64,000 bases of DNA from Oculina patagonica (lineage: Eukaryota), in contig NC_135768.1 in assembly GCF_052425735.1 (NCBI RefSeq), positions 23,870,001 to 23,934,000 of the forward strand, in the 5' to 3' direction. This document shows, piece by piece, positions 46,362 to 59,060 of the stretch; within the stretch, counting starts at the first letter, position 1; every line of letters starts with the position of its first letter. Made by a program: the position numbers and the translations under genes. Under the pieces are notes generated by a model. It was not told where the DNA came from, ran no database searches, and was given only the letters and a program-made list of their open reading frames with translations.

Positions 46362-49300
46362 AAAAAATGGAGATCTAACCAAGATCTATGGTCGCAATGA
46401 AATTACTCAGATCTTGCCAAAAAGTTTTAAAATACTTTGCACCATGAACCAGCTAAGGTTCAAACAAATAATTTATAATTATTATGATGTTATAGTTGAA
46501 TTAGTTTAGAACTTCAAGATAATATTTTAACTTTTTGTTTTTGGAGATCAACCACTTGCGATGTGCCTTCTTCTGGTTATTTTGTTTACAGTACATGTAA
46601 CCGCTTCAAGTTAACCATGCACACCTTGAATATTACTGTGACGTCATATACATTTATGTATGGCCTAATTGCTTTATTGACAGTAGTGCATTTATTTCAG
46701 CCATTGAATTTTACATTGAAGAAGAAAACAAACTTCCTAAGCAAGTCAGATATGCTATTCGCCTTGATGGTTACTGGTCAACGGCCTCAACTTATCCAGT
46801 TTTCGCATCTGATGGACCCACTAACTGGTAAGTGTCCTCCTTAAAAGTTGAATTGTTGAATTACTGAACAGTCACAGGATGCACCTCTGCCTTTATGGTG
46901 GCTCCTTTCAATAAGTATAGGTAATCATACGGTTTCGAGTTCAATTTTTAATTAATTTGCACGAGTGAGTTTTTCAAAAACCTTAGATTGCGCGAGTGGT
47001 TTCGGCGAGTGCAATTGCGCTTTTTGAAAAACTCACAAGTGCAAATTAATTTCAAATTAAACGAGAAAAACCGTATGATGTACACATGAAAAAATTTTGA
47101 GCCCGCGATGCAATGGTAAAAAGTAACTTGGTCAGCGGTCAGCTTCAAAAAAACACATGACCTTGATGAGGTGTACACCTGAGCCAGCGATATGGTCATG
47201 TGATATTGGTCAGCAGTTACCTTGTTATGACAGCTGTCAATTGACCATGTTAACGTTAGGAAATTTCCTATTGTCTTTCAGCCAAATATAATCCAGAATA
47301 TGGATGTGTAATTTGCACTGGTGTTACACTTTTTGCACTGGTGTTGCAACTGAACTGCACTGCTCTTAGCCAATCAGAATCGAGTAATTTTTTCATGTAT
47401 ATTATTAACATGCAAAGCCTCTTTAATCAATGGTTACACTTCTTGCTGCCATCAGTCATTCATTCCAACTTCACGCCTCTTAATAATATATCCCTTATCA
47501 GAATCAACTATACTTTAACTATACAGCATATCTACATGATGTATACTGCACTGTATATACAAAAAGTATACTATGATGTATACTTTTTGCAGTAGTAATT
47601 TGGAACACTAAAAAGTATACAAATAGCATACCTCATCAGAAAAGGGCCATTTACTAATAGTATACACATTCTGAACCCACTGAGTATGACCAGAAGACAG
47701 TATACTTTTTGTATACTTTAACACAAGCAATATCTTTTTACATTTGGACTGCTTTGCACACAGCAAACAAGCTTCCACAACTTATCAAAGCTTTTATGAG
47801 ATAGGACACAGTAACAACATACAGTATCCATAAAAGTTGTCAGGATTTTGAACTGGGCTTTACTTATAAATTTGCTAGTAAAAAGAATATTACTTCCCTT
47901 AAAAATAACAATGATTAGTTTTAACAAAAGCGAGACTACATGATCTTCACAGAAACGTTATGCAACCATTAGTGCAATCTTAATTCTCTCTTGTAAGTTC
48001 CTCCTGACTACAGATGTATATACGAAAGATGTGATTACTGTTAGAACCGATTGTAGAAATTTGTAATGTTACATAAGATCTAAACCTTGGTTCAAAAAAT
48101 AACAAGTTGAAGCACTGGAAGAGCACAGTTCAGTTGAGGTTACTGACTTGCTGTCTTCAAATCGAATGTAAAGCAGCAATGTGGCCGATTATAAGTCCTG
48201 TTATAACTTCAAGCATGTTTATATGAAACTCTGCTGTTAGGAGTATTACTTACTTTCTAAGAAGTAGCAGGTCCTTGTTATTAACATTAGACATCTTTTG
48301 AGAGGCAACTTCATACTCATGAACACAGTTGCACATATAGCATCAACTGATTTTCAAAAATGGCGGTCAATACAACAATCTCTCGAAATGATAACTGCTG
48401 ACCAAAAATACTCTACTCCTAATGCATTGTTGGTAAAAGCAGCATGATGTATACCATGAGATATGAACACAAACTGGCATGGTCTGTTTAGGTGTTGACA
48501 TATACTCAAAGTATACACCACAGCAAGTGTTTATATAAGTTTGCCCGTGGAGGTATACAACAAGTATATATCATGACCCCAACAGAGCACTGATGCATAC
48601 AACAAGTATACATCACTGCCCCAACATAACATTGATGTATACACATTGTATACACCTGTGTCAAATAGCAATGTCAATTTTTGCTTGATGTTTATTTGAT
48701 GTATACTTAATATATACACACCACTGATAAAGTACAGAATGTGTATACTCTTTGTATACAAAAAGTATACAATCCATACTTCAATTTTGGTGTATCTTTC
48801 ATGATCAGAAATGGGTGATACCACTGGGTAAGGCTCAGTTATTCCTTTGAGCACTCAAATAAGTAAATACACCTTATTCGATGGTTTAACATATAATACG
48901 CGCGGATATTTTGCGAGTCGCGTAGTATTTTTCCGAGCCCCGTAGTGGCAAGGAAAAATATGAGCAATGAGCAAAATGTCCGCTCGTATTATATGTTTAA
49001 CCATGGAATAAGGGATTTATTATTCCACTGTTTTTTACCCTAAGTTTGGGCCCGTATTCCTTAAGTTTGTCCGTCCGTATTTTTGCCCTGTTCTACAGTG
49101 TAATAACGTGGCATATTTTGCGCGTTCTTTTGCCCTAATATGGTAAAATGGCGCAATAGTGGAATAATAACTTGGCTTATTTGGAATAATTTGAATAAAA
49201 TTGCAAATCCTTTGCAGGAATCAATATGATAGCGACTTCCTGGCATTGCAGTACGTACTGGATATGGCTATTATACAAACCCAAAGTAACTCTGAGAATC

Positions 49301-52300
49301 TTATCCCAGTGAAAACTCACGTGAGTAATCGAAGAAATGATAACAATTACTTTTTGCTTGTAAATTCATGTACCAAGGATAGAGAGAAATTAAAAAAAAG
49401 TGTCTTCTGATAACAGATATACATAATTTATTGAGATTTTCCTAACTGGAATTCTGTGAGGTGTTCTGTGTATGTTCATGCTGCATCGTACCATAATATA
49501 TATGAATTGTAATTTCTTAGAATTTTAGATTTTAGTTAGGTATAAATTGTACTTTAACGCTTGTAATTTTTAACCTATAACTTAGTTTTAAGAATTTTAG
49601 TTTTTAAGCTGTAATTTTAACTTTTAGCGTGTAACGTTCATTTTTTTTTTTTTTTTTTTTTTTGTAATGCGCATTTGAACATTTATGTATGGAATTTGCG
49701 CACAACAAATTTGTAATTATTATTATTATTATATATGTACATGTAATTAAATAATAATTTATATTAATTGCAGGATCAGGAATGTCCTCATGATCAATAG
49801 AGATAACCTCTGATATTTCCTTAAGTTTATGATTTTAAACTTGACAAAAAATGTTGATCTATTTTCTTACAAGTAAAGTATTTTTTATAATGAGCAATTA
49901 TTCATCACTATACATGTTCTAATTCAATAATAAAATAATAAAAAAAATTCTATCCAGTTTATCCACTAACTTGAATTACAAAATTTACCATCAAATATAA
50001 TAAGCTCCTTCGGTCCCTGCTGGTCAATTCCCAGGAGTCTAAAAATATAGTCCTGGGCCGAGTTGTTCAAAGCACAATTAAGCTAATTAATCAATCAATC
50101 AATCTATCAGTCAATCTAAAACTTTACTTTACGAGGTTGACATGTAATAGTTTTTTCCACTAATAAGCGTAAATCCAGGATAAATGAAAATTTTGATTTA
50201 CAGTACCGCCTGAAATCATATGCACATTGGCACGCGTGAAGCACGAGGGCAGAACGCGTGTATTGCACGCGGGAGGAACGAGACGAAACCGCGCGGTTCA
50301 CGAACGAAACCCGCGCGGTTCACGAATGAAAACCGAGGTCAGAAATTCATCTCGGTCAAATGGACGAAAGGCCGAAACAAAAGGATCTTTTGGCTATTGT
50401 TATTTTTATTGTTTTCGTTTCAATGGATTTTTTCTCACATTTACAACTTGCTCACACCGTATTCAGCAACGAAATGCAAATTTCTTTCAAACAGTTTTTC
50501 TGGGATTACCGGTAAATTTTGTTGAACTATAAGATCTTCACGGGTTCGTATTGAATGTTGCGTGCGTGCTAGCATGAGAAGCTTTTGAGTCGAAACTTGT
50601 CGCTTCGCGAAAGAATTAATTTTTAAAAAAATGCAAAACGTGAATGAAAAAGTCGAAAATAAAGACGCCTGTAAAAGTACTTCCCTCGATTCATTCATCC
50701 GAAAATGAAGGAAGTGAAAATCTTTCTGTTGCCGCGCCGAGGATTTCTTATCTTCAAAAGATCTGACAGATCGACGCCCGTGTGTAAATAAAGGTCGCAA
50801 AGGTCACGCTTGTCATGTTTTCTTGCAATGTCTAGTTATGAAAACGAACGTATTTAAAGTCTGTTACTTAACAAGGTGAGCGTTTATTAAGATCGAATAA
50901 AAGTTTCACAGAAGATTGAGCAATCAATGACATTTATTTGCGGGGAATGTGTTCTCTTTCGGGCGACAAACGCCGACAATTGTCGGCTTCCAATCCACCA
51001 AAAGTTCATTTGCCGTTCAACTAGATTTTTGCCGATAACAATTACTTCGCGCCGATCAAAATAGCTATTTTCGGTCAGTTCTAAATTTGACGTTGGGTTC
51101 GTGATTTTTACGGCTCGATGGTAGTCAGAAACGACAAAGAACATGTATCCTGTCTCGCCTTCCCAGTCATTCGGTATGCTGGAAAACAACTCGATGAATA
51201 AACTTGTCACTTCGCAGCTTTTCGGCAATATTGACAAATTGGGTTTTCTGTAACAACTTCCCGACAGTTCTTCCTTCGATCTCCAACCCATCTACATCTT
51301 GTAATTCCCTGACCGTTTCAAAAATTTTCTTTCCCTTCTTTAAGAAGAACAAAATTTTCGCGCGCAACCAAGCTGAGCAAAGTTGATCGATTTCTGAGAA
51401 GTGACAAGCGTGCTATTCGATTACATAACATTGCCACGTGAATGAACGAGCGCTTGCGTTGCACGTTTAGATTTTGTATTTTTTAAAATCTCATATCTTG
51501 TGCGGATGATTTTCCTTCTTCGGGTTTGATCTTTTTTATTTTTGACTGAAAAACTTTTGCGACATCGTGCCGAAAACTACATAACATGTTGGTCGAATGA
51601 ATATGCAAAAATTCAACTGGTTGTGGCGGTCCGGCAGTCTCTGATTCAAAAAATTGCAAAGGGACAAGAAAACCGGCGATGAAAGGAATTCGAGTGCAAG
51701 CAGGCGAAATAATATTTACTTGTCTAATAAAAAACAGAAAAACATAACAAATAAGCTCAACCCGAGGACAACGCGTCAACATATGTTCAACTATGCCAAT
51801 CTTGAATGAAATTAATCGAAGCGTGAACAGCAAACAACTTTCGATAGATTTTCGATTTAAAACTCGTCAAGTCATTTTGTCGCTGCGGTTTATAGTACAT
51901 TTAAAACAGGGCAAGAAATAATCCTGTGATATTTCGATGTTTAGGCGAATAAAACGTTCTCTTCGATGTCGCACATTTTTTGCAGGCGGCGGGATCAAAA
52001 TGTTGTTCCGCTGATTTTTTGGACGAACCAGCGTTCTCTTTTGTTTGTTACATGGTTTCCGATCAAATCTCTCGGGTGTCGTTGTCAAAAACCGAACAAT
52101 GCAGAACAACAATAAAGCTAACAAAGGCAATTAAAAGCACGAAGACGCGGCTTTGAAGGACGCGTGATTCCCTCGGTTTCGTCTCGGTTTTGTCTCGTGC
52201 TTCGTTCGTTCCTCCCGAGGTGGACGCACGGGCAAACCGCGTGCACTACCCGCGCGTCCACCTCGTGAAACCCGCGGCTGATGTGCATATGATTTCAGGC

Positions 52301-55300
52301 GGTACTGTAAGTTTTTTACCTTTTTAGTCAGGATTTCTGTTAACTTTATAATTTTTTTCTGTCCTCCAGTTTTGATGTTGACTTATCTTAAACAAAGCAA
52401 TAAAAACACAGTGACTTTAATTTATACATTCAAGAGAAATAAAACCTTCAATCAAGGTGGCTCGTAATGGTTTAGATACTCCCACCTTGGGCTTTCTATC
52501 AACTTAACACCAAAAAATTATGTTGAGGTTGAACTTTTAGTACAAATTTAATAAGGTTTTACCAATGAACAAATTGAAGTCACTGTGAAAGTTTTTGTTT
52601 TTAATATATCTTTGTTCAATGGACGAGACATACAATTTAACAATTTAAGACAAAATTCTGTAGGTTGGGTTCAGCACCACCTTAAATTTATGAAAAAAAA
52701 TGGCATAGCTCCGAATTAATCCTACCTACAGATTTTTCCAAAAATTTGCAAAAGTGTTCATTTTGTCGGTGAGATAAAAATATATCAAAAACAAGAACTT
52801 TCACCAAGTAGTTTTTGAGCTATTAGCCCCAAAAGGTCCTAATAGGGTATATATATTTGACCTCATATGACGTTGCCATGGCAACAGATTTTGACGACAC
52901 AATGACCTTGATTTGTTCATTGGTAAAACTTGTACAAGTTTGAACTAAAAGATTTTCCTAAACATTATTGGTATAGTTCGATAGAACACTGAAGACGGGC
53001 ATGTGTAATTCTGACTAAACTATTATGAGCCACCTTAACTTAAATTTAATCCTGGGTTAGTGTCAATCAGCAAATTGAACAACCCAGGCCTAGCCATTTT
53101 TTGGTCAACACTCTTTTTAGTATGTTGGTTTATCAGGATAATCCCTCCTTTCTTGCAGCAATTTCCTTACCCATCATATACAACAGACTATGCCATGGAT
53201 ATTATCACCCTCATGATGCCACTCCTGGTCATGTTAGGCTTGATGTATTCAGCTATGACAATTATCAAGGTTTGTTTATGGATAAGTTTTATTAATACCT
53301 TCTATTACGCACGCCATGGAACTGAAGAATAGGCCCAAATTTTTATGCGATGCCCCGCCCACTTTCTTCTTCTGCCCCACCTACTTTCATCTGTAAATTC
53401 CAATCGTCACTATAATTGTTGCGTATAAGTAACAGCTTGCTGATTACTTCACAATTGTTGTTAAATAAAGCGTTGAATAAATGGTCGGTAGAAGAGAAAC
53501 TCAATAAAAGCTCTGTGCCCTTTTCTTTAAGTGGCCATGTCAAGATTTGGCACTAATTTTATGTTTTGGTGCGAAAAAAAAAAAATAACCAAGATTATTT
53601 TTCAAGCACGGTTCAAACAAACGACTGTAAACAACAATGCCGGCAACAAGGCGCAGCATGTGAGCCACAGGAATTTCTGGAATTTGTCTACGAAAGTAGG
53701 CGGGACAGAAAGGCATAAATGGGGTCCCATAATTTCCACACATCGGTGGCACAGGTAGTAAAAAAATTATATAATGCCCCCCTCATTCCCTCTCTCTTTT
53801 TAGCCCCTCCCCCTACCCCATTGTCTCCCTAAGGAATAAATAATGCGTGATCCAATCAGAAACAAAATGGGCGGGGTAAATTTGCGTTTCGCCAGCATTT
53901 CTGGATTGAATTACAAAGAACACAAGGGGATGCTGTACTACAAAAATACAAGAAAAGGCTATGAATTTTGCACCTCTCTGGAAGAACACATCCAGTTTTT
54001 ATCACATACAGTTCTGCACACATTGTATAATACAACTTTTCAAGTGGATCCTTCGCCAACTGCTCTTTCAATTTTAATTTCAAGTGAACTTCAAATGCTT
54101 TGATTCAATGGTGATGATTCAATGTTTTGCAAGGTCTTAAAGGACCATTTTGCTAGATTGCCATGTTTGAAGATTCTGTAAACTGTTTCATGCGTGATCA
54201 GTGCCGATTGTACGTTATTCATGCAGAAATTGAGAGGTCAATTAAATCGATTTGAAATGATTTTCTTCCAAAAATGTTGAAATGGCTCGTTGTTGAGATC
54301 ACTTCATGTGTATATAGTAATTCTAAAACAATTATACTTTGTAATTTTGGCAGATAGTGGCTTTACTGCTATTCGCCTTGTTAATTGTTATGAACACAAT
54401 TTTATATTGTTACTGCCAGGAGCTGGTTTTTGAAAAACAGAATCGTTTGAAAGAATCCATGAAGATGATGGGACTTGCTAACTGGATTCACTGGTGTGCA
54501 TGGTTCACTAAAAACCTGTTGTTCCTGCTCATTTCTGGAGTTCTTTTGGTCATTGTACTCAAGGTGTGGTAAATCATAATTACTGTATAATTATTTTTTC
54601 TTGATCATTGAGTTTTTTTAAGAGATAGAGGGTTTAATGTTTACTTTCTTGAAGGAGCTATGTTTTGAGTCTTTTTTCTGGTAACTTTTTAATTGAAGAA
54701 ACCTCAAATTAATAGTTTAACAACATAGAAAAACAGCAATGGCAAAATAAAAAAATGAAAATAGAAATTAAAGAATCATGGTTTTGACTGACCAAGGTTA
54801 AGGCAGATTATGAACGGCAAACTTGAAAAATTTTTCCAAACAGCAAGTGATTTTGGTAATCAGCAAAGAACTCTACAATGCTTCAGTGTCAATTAAACTG
54901 AACTTTTGGTGATTAATTTTCTGGTGTTCTAATTGCAGTTTGTTTATCTTTTGGCAGGTGCTGATTTTTAAGTATTCTGATGTGACTGTAATCTTTGTGC
55001 TCTTACTCCTGTATATCATTGCCAGCATCTTATTCTGTTTCTGTATCAGGTAATATTCCACCTTGAATATAGGTTTTTCATTCACTTATATGCTAGGTTG
55101 CATACAGTGTACATGTAGATTCCAAATATTAATTGTTGAGTAGGCTATTAGCCAACGAGAATACAGATATTGACTATGATATATAATAGCTGTGATTGTT
55201 TTTTTTTTTTCAGTGTGTTTTTCTCACGCCCTGTTCTTGGTATGCTTCTTGGTGCCTTAATTTGGATTGCATCGTTGGTGCCATACTTCGTTTTCTGGGA

Positions 55301-58300
55301 CAACAAGAAATACAGAGCACTAACCAGGTAAGACAGACAGACAACAAGAAATACAGAGCATTAACCAGGTAAGACAGACAGACAACAAGAAATACAGAGC
55401 ATTAACCAGGTAAGACAGACAGACAACAAGAAATACAGAGCATTAACCAGGTAAGACAGACAGACAACAAGAAATACAGAGCATTAACCAGGTAAGACAG
55501 ACAGACAACAAGAAATACAGAGCATTAACCAGGTAAGACAGACAAACAACAAGAAATACAGAGCATTAACCAGGTACATCAAGTAAAAAAAATATATCAT
55601 ATCAAGGAAGCCTGCATGCACACATATAGTTGTTATTGAGAGTCAAAGAAAGAAATTTTCATCTGAATAGCGTCAGCAAGTTTGTGCCAGCATTTTCTCC
55701 TTAGATAGTCTGGCTATAACCACTCTCCTGATAATTTTTTTTGTTTAAGGTAGAGGTCAGCTTGTTTATGTTTAAAGCAGGTGCATGCTTAATCAAAAAA
55801 GGCCAGAGCAGCATTTTGGATGTTGGAAACGGTATTTCATACACGGTGCCAAATCAGGACAGATAAAACAAGTTGTAATATAATATGTTATCATATTTGT
55901 AATTATTTGCCGTTTCCATCTATGTTATCATATTAATTTTGTAACTATTTTAATACCTTTTCCGTTTGTATGTGGCAGACACGCCAATAAAAGAAAATTG
56001 ATAAATATTTTTTTCTTTTCTAAAATAATCATAAATTATAAATATTCAGCTTTTTGACGCATGATGAATAATAGTTTTCTTTTTTGTGTAGATCACAGAA
56101 AGCTGGAGCATGTCTTTTACCTAACACGTGTTTAGGAATTGCTGCCAAGTTGTTTGCACAATTTGAGACCCTTAGAGTTGGAATTTCATGGAAAGGAGTA
56201 TCTGGTTTCCCTTCACCTGATGAGAACTTTAACTTGGCTTGGGTGTTCTGTATGCTTTTGGCTCAATGTGCAATTTATGCAACAATTACTTGGTGAGTAA
56301 TTATTATAAGCCATAAGCTTGAACATGGATTTCAGGGATGGAAATTGTTGTCGTTTGGCCCGGAAGAAGCAAAAAAGGAAACAGATTTGTGATAAATTAA
56401 AGTGTTTGATAAGTACATGACTCTATATGTACTGACTAAATTTTGGAATTTTCACCTAACTTTGTGTTCCTGAACATTTTGCCCAATTTTGTTCAGCTGA
56501 CCATCGAGAAGTGCAGACTGAGGTAGTCAGGGAAGAGTGAACCAACCAAAACCCTGAAGAATTCTTTTACTAAGTAAATTATTTGCTATAAGTAATCTGT
56601 TTAGTTATTTTTTGACCATTATTATTGTTGTTTCCGCGTTGTTGTTGTGGCCTATAATCCAACCAAAATTTTGTTTTGCCTTGTTTATCCAAGTTTGTGT
56701 CTTGTTTTCTGACCAAAGTTGCATTGTATTCTTTGCCTTAGTTTGCGTTTTTGTTTGTGAATTTAAACTGTAAAAATGCGTTTTTTATATATTAATTTTT
56801 TTTATTATAATTTTCACTTTTCATTAGGTATGTAGAAGCAGTATTTCCAGGGGAATTTGGAATTCCCAAGCCATTTTATTTTCCGTGTTTACCGTCATAT
56901 TGGACTGGCCACCCTCATCACAAAGTACGTACAATAAGCACAAGAAATTCCTTTAATAGCTACATTTCATTTAAGAATATAAGTTTTCCCAATTTGGGTA
57001 AGATTTGTTTGCGAATAAATTTAATTTGCTCAAATATCATAATGTTTCAGAAATCAAAAAGTCAAATTTTAGCCTGGGAATCGTTAGTGGATAGCAATAT
57101 CCATCCTCTCAACTGCAGAGAAACAGAGTTCATGCATTAAATTAACACGATTTATATTCACTTTAATTAATTTTTGCATATTTTGTTTCCAGTTGAAAAG
57201 ATGCATGGATCAGGTAATAATCATATTTATTTTATTTGATATAGTAAATGAGTTAATATGTAAAGCTAGAAAATAGGATTTAATGTAATTCTTCTTAAAG
57301 TTTTAGACATTATTTTCATTTTTTACTTTTTATTTTATTTTTTATTTTATTTAGCTTCACATCTGTAATATATTTTAAAGGAACCTTGGTGTGATGTCTA
57401 ACGACTTTACCCACTTAATTAAATATAGATGTAATATGTGCATAAGAATACTTTTTATTACTTGCTTGAAAGTTTACAACTTCATTGCAGTATGCATCAC
57501 ATTACTTATTACTTCGGCAAACTGTGTTCCGTCCCTTTTTTCACTTAAATTGAAGACAAACATGTAATCAGTTTTGATGTTTGTTTGAATTATTAATGGC
57601 AAGTTAACGATATTTACGTTAAAAGTTTGTTCTGTGCACGTGGTAAATCTAAGTTTTTATTAATGTTTTTGGTTGTTAATTATAACGCTCTATATTATTT
57701 CATTTTTTTGAGTTTATTTTCTTTGAATTTTACATTAATTTGCAAATATGACTGATATATTTTTTCAAGAATAATACTTTGTAAAACCCATCATTTTTTT
57801 GTTACACTGCCACCTTGTCCATTTTAAGTGAAGCGTTATACATGTACATGTATGTCCCGCCAGGAAATGAATGTAGTCTTGGTAGAAAATGTAAATGGTG
57901 TCCCACAGGATGAAAATGATGGTGAAGTTCATGCCGATGTCGAGGAAGAACCAAACTTGCCTGTTGGTGTATCTATTCAGGGCCTCAGGAAAGTCTTTGA
58001 AGTAAGTATTAATGCTTGAAACAAGACTAGACACTTAAACAAACATAATGTAGCTCACAAATTAAAATCAGGAAATAGAAATAAGAGACCACGGCCAAAA
58101 CAATAATTTATAAGTACAGCTATCATGAACTGCCCTTGCTTGAATAGATTTACCTTGAATAGACCTACCAGTACCTTGAATAGACCTACGATAATATCCT
58201 CCATTTTTAAAATGGGACATGAATCTTAACTTGAGGATAACTGTGAGAACTGTCACCCATGTTTATCTTGACCTGATTTCCAGAAGGATTCCAAATATTT

Positions 58301-58471
58301 CAAATTGTGATTAATCTAGTATTGTAATATTTTGTGTGATACATTTTTAAAATATTTGACTGTCAATTTCTACAAATTTACTTATTTATCTCCACGTTTA
58401 TATATCCTTTATGTTGTGTCCCTAATAAGCAGCAATGCTAGGTACCCGGCCCAGACACTTAAATAAAGGCT

Positions 58472-58503
<32 letters not shown>

Positions 58504-58984
58504 ACGAGAGTTTGTATGGGAATTTCTGGAATTTCGATATCAAATAACTATGTGCTTATAGTAAATTGCTTTACCATTTTATCCCTCAGGGGTCCACTGG
58601 GTCCAAAGTTGCTGTAGATGAACTTTCACTGAACATTTTCAAAGGCCAAATAACAGCTCTTCTGGGACACAATGGAGCAGGGAAGACAACAACAATATCC
58701 ATGCTGACAGGCTTATATCCACCTTCCTCTGGGACGGCACACATCAATGGAAACAGTATCATTACTGATATGGATGCTATTCGAGAGAGCCTGGGACTCT
58801 GTCCCCAACACAATGTGCTCTTTGACCGGCTGACAGTGAAGGAACATCTTGAATTCTTTATAAACCTAAAGGTATGTGTTTTAAACTAACATGATGTAAA
58901 TAATGTCTGTAGTCATTACGTTTATCTTATCTCTCAGTCACTATGATTGGTAATTGAAGAGACTACTGCAGCTCAGTGGTAAAG

Positions 58985-59060
<76 letters not shown>

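Noticed and set aside
55299-55575. CRISPR-like regular repeat
   Set aside because: Units are contiguous and near-identical, with no unique spacers and no cas genes, in a eukaryotic intron.
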